Shown here: positions 34,403 through 42,856 of the stretch, one piece after another
Numbering within the stretch: position 1 is the stretch's first letter
Layout of the letters: each line of letters starts with the position of its first letter
NCBI GenBank assembly: GCA_034189605.1
Contig: JAXHUO010000001.1
Location: 63,606-127,605 of the forward strand
Direction of reading: 5' to 3'
DNA from: Chloroflexota bacterium
GTDB taxonomy: Bacteria > Chloroflexota > Anaerolineae > B4-G1
DNA length: 64,000 nucleotides
Program-made: the position numbers and the translations under genes
The notes under the pieces: generated by a model
What the model was told of the DNA's origin: nothing
Database searches by the model: none
Seen by the model: only the letters and a program-made list of their open reading frames with translations

Positions 34403-36511
34403 ATGAAAATGGATGCCACTGAAAGGTCCTTGCTGGAAACTCATTCCATCCCGGCAATCGCCCGGCGCGAGTCGGCAGAGGAGACAGGCCAGGGATTGGT
34501 GGAATATGCGCTTATCCTGGTCCTGGTTGCGGTTGTCGTCGTGGTAGTTTTGACGTCTGTAGCGCCGCGTGTCTCTGAACTCTTCCAGGCAGCGATAACA
34601 GCCATCAGTGATGCCCCTTCCTACCTGCAGATCGGTTTGATTGTGGCCTTGCTCATCCCTCTGGTTGTTTGGTTGGTTCGCCTGGCCCCGCAACTCCCCA
34701 AGGTGCTTGGGACCGACGTTCGCCAACTCGAATTGACCGCCAGGGATTACCGGCGCGTCGAGTCGGAGATCACGGTTGCTCTTCTGGAAACCGGCCGGGC
34801 CAGGCGAAAGGACGTTGGCTTGAGCGCGGGCCTGTGGGACCTTTCGGTTCAGAGATACGTGGAGCAGCATAGAGAGGCGCGGATTCATTACGACGATCGC
34901 CGGCGCGCGATCGTCGCCGCCAACGCGGATGCGCTTGGCTCCTTGGGCCGATTGTGGCCTCGCTTGGAACTGTCTCCCCCTCAGTCTGAGGTGGAGCGTA
35001 TAGTTATTGAGGCCCTCGGTCTGCTCGCTCGGGCCCTGTCGGGGATTATAGTCGCTGTCCCTCAGGATATCCTCCAGGATAGGGGCCGGCTATACGTTTT
35101 GGACCTGGCCCCGTGGGACTCGCCACTGCCCTCCCAGTTGCCGGTACTGGTCTGGCTGGCCGCCGCGGTCCCGGGGATGGGAGAGATCGAGCAACTCAGC
35201 CGCCGGTTGCTTTCCCAATTTGGAGCGGTCAGGCGCGTTGCCGTCTTGATTGACCTGGCGGGCGATGACCCGGCCCGGCGCACGTCCATGCCCGAGTTGC
35301 TCGAAAAACTGCGGCAGGTCTTTGCCTACGACTTTGTCCCGCTGGGACAGGAGGAAATCGCTCGGATACTGATTGCCAGAAAACCCCGCGCTGCCCTGGC
35401 CCACCTGGTGCTCCCGCACGTCAACCTGATCTCCATTTCCCCGTTCGTTCTGACCGGCCCGGCCCCGGATACGATGTTTTTTGGCCGTGAGTTAGAGATG
35501 CGCAAGATCGCCGAGCGCATCGCCTCCAATTCTTATGTTCTGATCGCCGGCCGCCGTTTTGGCAAATCATCGGTTCTCCTGCGCCTGCACCGGGTCCGTC
35601 TGCCCGCTGCTGGCTTTCGCACTATCTACCACGATTGCTCCACCACCCCCACCGCCCAGGCCCTTCTCTCAGCCACGATTCGTGACTGGAGGCCAGAGCC
35701 CCCCTCGGATTCCCCTCTGACCTTTGCGGATCTGCTGCGCTCTCCGCCCGACGATAGCCCCCTTGTCCTACTCCTGGACGAGGCGGACAAACTTGTCCCC
35801 GCTGACCGTGCGGACGGCTGGCGACTGTTTAACATGTTACGAGCGCTGTCCAACTCTGGCCGGGCCCAGATCGTCCTCAGCGGCGAGCGCACGCTGCGCG
35901 ACGCGCTGCGTGACCCCGGCAGCCCGCTGTTCAATTTCGCCAACGAGGTACTCCTCGGTCCTCTCGACCGCCGCGCCGCGGAGGAACTGGTCACCCGGCC
36001 GCTGCAGCAACTGGAGATTGATCTGGTGGATGAGGCGGCGATTGTGCGCCGCATCTATGATTTTACCTCCGGTCACCCCAACGTCGTCCAACGGCTGTGT
36101 CACCGCTTGATCGAACGGCTCAACGAGCGAGGCACGCGCCGCGTCACGTTGGACGATGCGAACGCGGTTATCAAAGACCCCGGCTTTCTGCGCAACGACT
36201 TTCTCAGTACCTATTGGGAGGCCGCTACCTCCCTGGAGAAAATTATCTCCCTGTTGATGGCCGACGACGAGGATTTGCATACCTTGCGCGCTGTGCGGCG
36301 GGCCTTGCTGGAACGCTGTGACCTGCGGCCCAGGGCCCACGAGGTGGACGCCGCCTTGCAACGGCTGGTGGACCTGCGCTTTCTCCTGAGGCGTGCTCCC
36401 GCCGGCTACGAGTTTGCCGTGGAAGCCTTCCCTCTGGTGGCGGCCGGGACGATGACCCTGGACGATATGCTGGAGATCCTTGCTGAAGAGTACCAGGAGC
36501 AGAGAGAATGA
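34403..36511 (+). CDS. membrane-anchored P-loop ATPase (Arch_ATPase/ATPase_2-like) with a Flp-pilin-like N-terminal segment
   Basis: aa 29-50 GQGLVEYALILVLVAVVVVVVL (Flp-type G/xxxEY hydrophobic motif), a second TM at aa 74-95, and an unassigned alpha/beta region at aa ~225-345. Then FFGRELEMRKI...LIAGRRFGKSSVL (Walker A) and LVLLLDEADKL (Walker B), with a winged-helix-like tail. The stop overlaps the next start (ATGA). Confidence 0.65.
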   Translation: MKMDATERSLLETHSIPAIARRESAEETGQGLVEYALILVLVAVVVVVVLTSVAPRVSELFQAAITAISDAPSYLQIGLIVALLIPLVVWLVRLAPQLPKVLGTDVRQLELTARDYRRVESEITVALLETGRARRKDVGLSAGLWDLSVQRYVEQHREARIHYDDRRRAIVAANADALGSLGRLWPRLELSPPQSEVERIVIEALGLLARALSGIIVAVPQDILQDRGRLYVLDLAPWDSPLPSQLPVLVWLAAAVPGMGEIEQLSRRLLSQFGAVRRVAVLIDLAGDDPARRTSMPELLEKLRQVFAYDFVPLGQEEIARILIARKPRAALAHLVLPHVNLISISPFVLTGPAPDTMFFGRELEMRKIAERIASNSYVLIAGRRFGKSSVLLRLHRVRLPAAGFRTIYHDCSTTPTAQALLSATIRDWRPEPPSDSPLTFADLLRSPPDDSPLVLLLDEADKLVPADRADGWRLFNMLRALSNSGRAQIVLSGERTLRDALRDPGSPLFNFANEVLLGPLDRRAAEELVTRPLQQLEIDLVDEAAIVRRIYDFTSGHPNVVQRLCHRLIERLNERGTRRVTLDDANAVIKDPGFLRNDFLSTYWEAATSLEKIISLLMADDEDLHTLRAVRRALLERCDLRPRAHEVDAALQRLVDLRFLLRRAPAGYEFAVEAFPLVAAGTMTLDDMLEILAEEYQEQRE

Positions 36512-38367
36512 GCCTTGTCCCGTTCAGGACCGGCGGCCCATTGACCGATGAACACGCTGCCATTTACGTCGAACGCAGAGCCGACCGCGACGCGCTGACC
36601 CATTTGCACGCGATGGACTACCTGCTGGTCATCGAGCCGCGCCAGCAGGGCAAGACCAGCCTGATCAACCACCTGATGCGCCACCCGGCCTTGTCCGGTC
36701 TGTCCTTTGTTTACGTGGACGTGGCTACGCCCGACCGTTCGACCGAGGCGGCCTGGTATCGGACGTTCTGCCCCCGTTTCTTGCGCCAACTGCGCGACTT
36801 TATCCCGCGTGACCAGTGGCCTGCCATCCCTCAGAACAGCACCGGCTGGCGCGAGTTCCTGGGCGACGTGGCCGCGCTTGCCGCTGCCGCCCACCGGCGG
36901 GTGGTCGTTGCCCTGGACGAGATCGGCGCCGTGACGTTCCCCGGCGCGACCGGGTTCTTTAGCGTCCTGCGCGACGTGTACAACTCGCGCCAGGCTGAGA
37001 CCGAGTTTAAGCAGTTGACCTTTCTGCTGACCGGGGCCTTCCATCCGCGCGATCTGATCACGGACAACAGGATCTCGCCCTTCAACGTCGCCCAGCGCGT
37101 GCGCCTGGCCGACTTTACCCTGGCGCAGGTGCACCAATTGGTTGGCGCAGGGGATTGGGCAGGTGAGCAGGCCAGGAGGTTGGCCGAACGGATCCATTAT
37201 TGGACAGACGGCCAGCCCTATCTGACCCAATTGCTCTGTTCCTACCTGGATGGCGGCGCGAGCCCTCTGGACGTGGATGGCGGCGTCGAGCGGTTGCGCC
37301 GCGAGGACGAAAATCACCTGCCCCCGCTGTTGGCCCGGCTCGACCGTGACGAAAGGCTGCGGGAGTACGTTGAACGCATCCTGGCGGGTGAGCGCATCAA
37401 GTTTTACCCGCGCGAAAACCGGCGACAGGCACAATTAGAGTTGCTGGGTCTTGTCAAGGCTGATGTGGAAGGGTATTGCATCGTCCGCAACCGTCTCTAC
37501 GTACAGACACTGGGTGCACTCGATGAGACGTCTGCCGGAATATCTGCCCCGAGCAGGGAAGGCGGGGTGGCGCCAGCTCATAGAGTCCGCTCTTCAGCTG
37601 TTGTCCCCCAGGAACTGAGCGGGGAGATGAGAAAGGGCAACGTCGTTCTTTTTGTCGGTGCGGGTCTCTCCATCGGCGCTGGGCTGCCCGGTTGGGGCGC
37701 ACTCGTGCGTCCACTGGCGGAAGACATCGGCTACGAGGGGCACGACTTGCTCAAAGCGGCCCAGTATTATGAGAATCGCAGGGGACGGCATGCCCTGATC
37801 TCCTACCTGCGGGACCGGTTGGATACGACCGGCATTGAGCCGACCGGGAACCACGAGCTCCTCGTTCGGCTACCGGTCAATATTGTGTTCACCACTAACT
37901 TTGATGATTTGCTGGAGCGGGCCTACCGCAAGGCCGGGCGACCGGTCAACCTGGTGGTGGGGGCGGCGGAACTGCCATTCTGGGACGAGGCGCGGGTCAA
38001 TCTGGTCAAATTACACGGCACCCACGACCGCCCGGCCACGTTCACCATCACGGAGCGGGACTATAACACCATCTACCGTAACAACCCCCTCGTCGTGCAG
38101 CAACTCAACGCCTTGCTGGCGATCAAGACCTTTCTGTTCGTTGGCTACAGCGTGAGCGATCCCGACTTTAACCAGATCTATGACCAACTGAGCGTTGACC
38201 TGGGCTGGCACCGCCGCCGCCCGTATCTGGTCACCTTTGGTGGGGATGAACTCGTGGTGGAGAACCTGAAGCGGCGTGGTTACCACCTGATCAGCCTGTC
38301 GGGTGAGGGGGAGCGCAACGCCCGGCTGGCAGAATGGCTACAGGTCTTGCTGGAGAGCAGCCGGTGA
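36508..38367 (+). CDS. AAA-like (AAA_35-type) NTPase fused to a C-terminal SIR2_2 domain
   Basis: N-terminus: YVERRADRDAL...LLVIEPRQQGKTSL (Walker A), VVVALDEIG (Walker B). From about 37630: VLFVGAGLSIGAGLPGW, FTTNFD, LVKLHGT, FVGYSVSDPDF, the four hallmark blocks of SIR2_2 (PF13289-type) NADase domains. Confidence 0.8.
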   Translation: MSLVPFRTGGPLTDEHAAIYVERRADRDALTHLHAMDYLLVIEPRQQGKTSLINHLMRHPALSGLSFVYVDVATPDRSTEAAWYRTFCPRFLRQLRDFIPRDQWPAIPQNSTGWREFLGDVAALAAAAHRRVVVALDEIGAVTFPGATGFFSVLRDVYNSRQAETEFKQLTFLLTGAFHPRDLITDNRISPFNVAQRVRLADFTLAQVHQLVGAGDWAGEQARRLAERIHYWTDGQPYLTQLLCSYLDGGASPLDVDGGVERLRREDENHLPPLLARLDRDERLREYVERILAGERIKFYPRENRRQAQLELLGLVKADVEGYCIVRNRLYVQTLGALDETSAGISAPSREGGVAPAHRVRSSAVVPQELSGEMRKGNVVLFVGAGLSIGAGLPGWGALVRPLAEDIGYEGHDLLKAAQYYENRRGRHALISYLRDRLDTTGIEPTGNHELLVRLPVNIVFTTNFDDLLERAYRKAGRPVNLVVGAAELPFWDEARVNLVKLHGTHDRPATFTITERDYNTIYRNNPLVVQQLNALLAIKTFLFVGYSVSDPDFNQIYDQLSVDLGWHRRRPYLVTFGGDELVVENLKRRGYHLISLSGEGERNARLAEWLQVLLESSR

Positions 38368-38370
38368 CCG

Positions 38371-38690
38371 CGCGGCGACGAGATCGCCGCGCTACAGAGT
38401 TGCACCCCGTAAACGGGAAAGACCCGTCGCCGAAGCGGCCAAGCCCGATTTATCGGGCGCTGCTTCGTAGCCGGGGCACTTTATGCCCCGGCGATGCCGA
38501 CTGGCAATCCCCCCGGGCACTTTACCCCGGCGATGCCGACTGGCAATCCCCCCGGGCACTTTACCCCGGCGATGCCGGCAGGCGATCACCCCGGGCACTT
38601 TACCCCGGCGATGCCGACTGGCAATCCCCCCGTGCACTTTACCCCGGCGATGCCGACTGGTGATCACCCCGGGCACTTTGCCCCGGCTTG
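38371..38690. repeat. REP-like hairpin cluster plus about five 39-bp tandem repeats
   Basis: GCGGCGAcgagaTCGCCGC directly after the stop. CCCCGtaaaCGGG. The inverted double-hairpin unit GCCCGAtttaTCGGGC-GCTGCTTCGTAG-CCGGGGCActttaTGCCCCGG. Then CGATGCCGACTGGCAATCCCCCCGGGCACTTTACCCCGG repeated about five times. Confidence 0.9.
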
Positions 38691-38745
38691 GGTCAACAAT
38701 CCCCTTTTCGCTTGTGTGCAGATGGCACTGGCGCTGCTAATCCAT

Positions 38746-38836
38746 CGCCGCCTCTTCCAGGGCCGCGCGGCATTAGCAGATGCTCCCCCTGCCTGCGTGA
38801 GCAGGGGTTGTCGTTTTGGGGTGGAGGCGGTATAAT
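38746..38836 (+). promoter_or_regulatory. duplicated promoter cassette, copy 1 (TTGTCG-17-TATAAT)
   Basis: -35 at 38808-38813 and -10 at 38831-38836. The whole ~90-bp segment recurs at 39490-39581. Confidence 0.6.
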
Positions 38837-38887
38837 GTCAGCAAGAAGGTGCTTGCTGTTCATCAAATAGGGTGGGGTGGAAACGGA

Positions 38888-39316
38888 ATGGACAATCCCG
38901 ATCAGGTGAAAGAGGCCAGCGCGTCGTACTCTATGCCGGTGACTGACCTTAGTCATCCTATCATTCTGGAGCGCGATGGACAACCGGTGGCTGTGTTGAT
39001 GGGCATTGAGGAATACGAGCGTTACCAGGCTCTGTTGGAGGAACACCAGGGGGTATCCGCGCTTAAAGCCCGTCGTGCGGCAGACCGCGCTGTGTTTGGC
39101 GACCTGGTCGGCTGCGCGCTGAGCAGTGGGGATCCGGAATGGGCTCCTGCTCCTGAACCGCGTTGGCGCGTACCCTATAGGAGTTTCGATGGAACGTTGC
39201 TGGCTGTGGTGGAGGTGGACGCGCGCACGCGGGCCGTATCGCTCACAGATGAGGAACGCACCGCACTCCTGGAACAGGTTGAACGTCTGGTGACCGCCAA
39301 CGATGTCTCTGCTTGA
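38888..39316 (+). CDS. hypothetical protein with a Phd/YefM-like antitoxin N-terminal segment
   Basis: PIILERDGQPVAVLMGIEEYERYQALLE resembles the Phd/YefM fold. The rest is unassigned and no adjacent toxin ORF is seen. Start placed at ATG 38888, 52 nt after the -10. Confidence 0.45.
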   Translation: MDNPDQVKEASASYSMPVTDLSHPIILERDGQPVAVLMGIEEYERYQALLEEHQGVSALKARRAADRAVFGDLVGCALSSGDPEWAPAPEPRWRVPYRSFDGTLLAVVEVDARTRAVSLTDEERTALLEQVERLVTANDVSA

Positions 39317-39489
39317 ACCGCCCGCTCACATCCAGCAGGTAACGGTGGATGGGAGGACAGCGTTTCTGAGCCAGGAGTGAGCAGGTTGGCGATCGCAGTC
39401 AGTGGCGGATTGAGCGGTGCCGCCGTGCTTGGGCGAGGTGCTGATGATCTCCCTCTCCCGTAGGAGAGGGCCAGAGTGCAGGCTTGCCG

Positions 39490-39581
39490 CGCCGCCTCTT
39501 CTAGGGCCGCGCGGCATTAGCAGATGCCCCCCCCTGCCCGCCTGGGCAGGGGTTGTCGTTTTAGGAGGAGGGCTGTATAAT
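39490..39581 (+). promoter_or_regulatory. duplicated promoter cassette, copy 2 (TTGTCG-17-TATAAT)
   Basis: -35 at 39553-39558 and -10 at 39576-39581. The GTG start of the next gene is 54 nt downstream. Confidence 0.6.
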
Positions 39582-39634
39582 AGCAGTGGAGGTCAAGTAT
39601 ATAACTGCCAGCATCCAGCAAACAGGAGGTCGCT

Positions 39635-40495
39635 GTGAAAAGAACTCTACGACTAATCACTGGTATAGGCTTTTGCCTGGCAATGCTGGCGCTTCCCGCC
39701 CGTGCCCAGGTTCCGCTCCAGATTTATCCTGACCAGAGTGTAGGCGTTCTTTCTGAGGATCCCATTGATGGCGATCGTTGGAGCACGAGTGTCTTTCCCT
39801 TTGGCAATTACGTCGGGCCGATCTCTGGTGACGACGTTTTCTGTCGCACCTACCTGCGTTTCCCGCTGGACGGGTTGCCTGCTGGCGCGACGGTTCAATC
39901 GGCCACGCTCTACGTCTACGTGGATGACTTTTGGCCAGAACTGGGTAGCGCGCCCATGTCAATCTACCCGGTGACGGCGACCTGGACACCCGATAGCGTG
40001 GACTGGTACGACATGGGCGCCTGGCCTGCCTTGGGTGGGGCTGTGGCGACGACGGACGTCTCCTCGGATGGCGGCTGGTTCACCTGGGACGTGACGGGGC
40101 TGGCGCAGGGTTGGGTGGACGGCACGCCCAACCATGGCCTGGCGGTGGCAGCCGCCAACCTGGGATCGGCTGAGAGCAACTGGGCCACAGCCCGCCGCCT
40201 GACCGCCGGCGACCCGGCGACTCGCCCCTACCTGGAGGTTACCTTCTTCGAGCCTACGCCTACCCCCACGCCACAGACATCCCCACTGCCCACATCCACG
40301 CCCAAGCCTACGCCCAAGCCCAAGCCTCCTCCTCCTGCGGCCACACCGGTTCCCACTCCCACCCTCATCCCCACGCCCGAACCGATCCTGCTGCCGGTCT
40401 CCGGCCTGGCTGCGGTCCCAGCCCATCTCTGGCCGCCGTTGCTTGGGTTGGCGCTGCTGGTAACAGGCTTTGTATTGTTCCGCCACAGGCGATAG
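39635..40495 (+). CDS. secreted DNRLRE-domain protein with Pro/Thr linker and an LPXTG-like C-terminal sorting signal
   Basis: Signal peptide LAMLALPARAQ. YLRFPLDGLPAG...LYVYV...IYPVTATW...WFTWDVTGLAQGW...PNHGLAV. The tail LPVSG plus a hydrophobic stretch plus RHRR. Confidence 0.65.
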   Translation: MKRTLRLITGIGFCLAMLALPARAQVPLQIYPDQSVGVLSEDPIDGDRWSTSVFPFGNYVGPISGDDVFCRTYLRFPLDGLPAGATVQSATLYVYVDDFWPELGSAPMSIYPVTATWTPDSVDWYDMGAWPALGGAVATTDVSSDGGWFTWDVTGLAQGWVDGTPNHGLAVAAANLGSAESNWATARRLTAGDPATRPYLEVTFFEPTPTPTPQTSPLPTSTPKPTPKPKPPPPAATPVPTPTLIPTPEPILLPVSGLAAVPAHLWPPLLGLALLVTGFVLFRHRR

Positions 40496-42079
40496 GTGGT
40501 GTCCTTGGGCCGTCGCTGGGGCGTATTGTTGGGGCTGATTGTATTGTCGTTGGGTCTGGTGGGGCTGGCGGCCCCGCCACCCCGCACCATACAACTCTGG
40601 CCCGATCACACCGTCGGCGTGACCTCCAGCCTGTTAGAGGGGATGCTGGCTCACGCTGACCAACAGGTGCTCCCTTTTGGCGTCCAGCGTACCTCTGCCG
40701 ACGACGTCGTGCGGGCGCGCACCTACCTGCACTTTCCGCTCGACGTGTTCCCCCCGGGTGCCCAAGTTGTACGCGCCACGCTGCACGCGTACGTGGATGG
40801 CGTCTCAAATGCGGGAGAGGCGGCGTTCGGTGCGTATCGCGTCCTCGAACCGTGGGAGGAGCAGGGCTGGACCGGTGAACCGGCCACCTGGCCCGTGCTT
40901 CTCACTGTGCCCATCGCGGCCACGGTGGCCAGTTTTGACGTGGTGACGCCGGCGCTGCGGGTGTCCACCCCCACCACCACGCCGGTCATAACCCCGACGG
41001 ACACGTCCGCGCTGTTCTCCAGGCCCGCCGGCCATGGGCTGATTCAGAGCACGATGGTGGTCATTGCTCCGTCGAGCGTGAACGTGACCCAGGGGTCTAT
41101 GACGACGGTGGATATCCGCGTCGAGGACGTGACAGACCTCTATAGCGTCGAAGTGTACATGACTTTTGACCGGGCGGTGTTGGAGGTAGTGGATGCCGAC
41201 CCGGACGCGCCCGACGTGCAGATTCAGCCCGGCGACTTTCTCAACCCAGATTTTGTAGATGAGAACATAGTTTATCAGGACGACGAGGGTGTGGATGGGG
41301 AGGTTTACTTTGCCATTTATCAAGAAGACCCGGCAGCACCCGTCAGCGGCAGTGGGGTATTGGCTACGATTACTTTCCAGGGAAAAGCGGTCGGGACTTC
41401 GGCCATTGATCTTGCTGATGTTTTTTTGGGCGACTATGACGATGGAACCATCGCCGCTGGCCTCCAGGATGGAAGTGTCACTGTAATCGGGCAAGGCGCA
41501 CCTACTCCCACGACGGGCCCCACTCCCACATCCACGTCTACCTCTACGCCGGGCCCCAGCCCCACTCCTACTCCCACTTCCTCTACCTCTTCACTGCCTA
41601 CTCCTCCCCCTGGGTCCGATCTTACACCCACATCTCCTACCTCACCATTGCCCACTCCCACTTCTCCACCTCCCGCCTCTCCATCTCCTACCTCTCAATC
41701 ACCCGCCGTTCCATCGCCCACCGTGCCGGGTTCTGTGCTTCAACGTGGAGCAGGGACCTGGCTCACCTGGGACGTCACTGTGCTGATGCGAGCCTGGCAG
41801 GCGGGCGAGGTGCCCAACCACGGGCTCGCCCTGGCCCCCGCGCCCGACCCCGACGCCGACCCTGATACGACGGGCGACCTGCTCGTGGCACGCTGGCTCC
41901 CCGCCGACGACCCCGGCACGAGGCCCTATCTCGTCGTCGAGTTTGAGGTACATCCGGTCACCCCCACACCCGTGCCGATCCTCCCGCCGGCTGGTGGTCC
42001 TGTGAGGTGGTGGGGGGCGGGGCTGCTGTTCGTCGGGGTGGCGATCCTGGCACTGGGCCTGGCGCTGCGGAGACGGTGA
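40496..42079 (+). CDS. secreted protein with split DNRLRE domain, cohesin-like domain, Pro/Thr/Ser linker and an LPXTG-like tail
   Basis: YLHFPLDVFPPGAQVVRATLHAYVD...YRVLEPWEE. Cohesin-like VNVTQGSMTTVDIRVEDVTDLYSVEVYMTFDRAVLEVV...GSGVLATITFQGKAVGTSAIDL. WLTWDVTVLMRAWQAGEVPNHGLAL. The tail LPPAGG plus a TM plus RRR. Confidence 0.65.
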   Translation: MVSLGRRWGVLLGLIVLSLGLVGLAAPPPRTIQLWPDHTVGVTSSLLEGMLAHADQQVLPFGVQRTSADDVVRARTYLHFPLDVFPPGAQVVRATLHAYVDGVSNAGEAAFGAYRVLEPWEEQGWTGEPATWPVLLTVPIAATVASFDVVTPALRVSTPTTTPVITPTDTSALFSRPAGHGLIQSTMVVIAPSSVNVTQGSMTTVDIRVEDVTDLYSVEVYMTFDRAVLEVVDADPDAPDVQIQPGDFLNPDFVDENIVYQDDEGVDGEVYFAIYQEDPAAPVSGSGVLATITFQGKAVGTSAIDLADVFLGDYDDGTIAAGLQDGSVTVIGQGAPTPTTGPTPTSTSTSTPGPSPTPTPTSSTSSLPTPPPGSDLTPTSPTSPLPTPTSPPPASPSPTSQSPAVPSPTVPGSVLQRGAGTWLTWDVTVLMRAWQAGEVPNHGLALAPAPDPDADPDTTGDLLVARWLPADDPGTRPYLVVEFEVHPVTPTPVPILPPAGGPVRWWGAGLLFVGVAILALGLALRRR

Positions 42080-42100
42080 GTGTCATAAAGGAGTGGTCAA

Positions 42101-42856
42101 GTGGATGAGCGTTTGCAGAAAATCCTGGCCCGTGCGGGCTTTGGCTCTCGCCGCGCCTGCGAGGAAATGATCCGCCAGGGCCGGGTGGCGGTCAACGGAC
42201 AGGTGGCCCAGTTGGGCCAGAAGGCTGATCCAGACCGCGATCGGATCACCCTGGACGGGAAGCCGGTACAGGTGAAGCATCATTACACCTACGTCGTCCT
42301 CCACAAACCCCGGGGGGTCCTCTCCGATGAGGGGGACGGCTCGGGTCGTCTTTCCACCGTGCGCGACCTGGTGTCGCTACCGGGCCGCCTCTTTCCGGTG
42401 GGCAGGCTGGACCTGCGGAGCGAGGGGTTGATGCTCATCACCGACGATGGCGACCTGACCTACCGGCTCACGCATCCCCGCTTCGGCCACGAGAAGGAGT
42501 ACCGCGTTTTAGTCGAGGGTGAACCGGACAAAGCGACGCTGTCCAGGTGGCGGCGCGGTGTGTTCCTGGATGGAAAGCGCACAGCGCCGGCCGGGGTGAC
42601 TGTCGCCAGGCTGGATAAAGGTGTTACCTGGCTGCGGGTGACCCTGCGTGAGGGGCGCAAACGGCAGATTCGGCGCGTGGCGGCGATGCTGGGCCACCCG
42701 GCGCAACGAGTCATCCGCGTGCGCATCGGCCCGCTGCGTCTGGGAGATTTGAAACCAGGGCAGTGGCGCAAACTCACCGGCGCAGAGGTGAGAGCCCTGC
42801 GCTTGGCGGTGCGGAAGCCAGAGACAAAGGGCCAAAGGAGCAGGAGACGGGGTTGA
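42101..42856 (+). CDS. rluB: 23S/16S rRNA pseudouridine synthase, RsuA/RluB family
   Basis: S4 domain RLQKILARAGFGSRRACEEMIRQGRVAVNG and catalytic GRLDLRSEGLMLITDDG. Confidence 0.85.
   Translation: MDERLQKILARAGFGSRRACEEMIRQGRVAVNGQVAQLGQKADPDRDRITLDGKPVQVKHHYTYVVLHKPRGVLSDEGDGSGRLSTVRDLVSLPGRLFPVGRLDLRSEGLMLITDDGDLTYRLTHPRFGHEKEYRVLVEGEPDKATLSRWRRGVFLDGKRTAPAGVTVARLDKGVTWLRVTLREGRKRQIRRVAAMLGHPAQRVIRVRIGPLRLGDLKPGQWRKLTGAEVRALRLAVRKPETKGQRSRRRG

Noticed and set aside
35075-35440. The idea that the unassigned alpha/beta region of the membrane ATPase (aa ~225-345) is a CARF/SAVED-like cOA sensor linking it to Cas10.
   Set aside because: I cannot recognise any CARF or SAVED signature by eye. 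It is retained only as something to test, not as a call.
23392-38367. Search for cas1, cas2, csm6/csx1 or a reverse transcriptase in or around the type III locus.
   Set aside because: None of the ORFs in this interval, or elsewhere in the window, shows the corresponding motifs. Absence within the window is reported, but genome-wide absence cannot be claimed.
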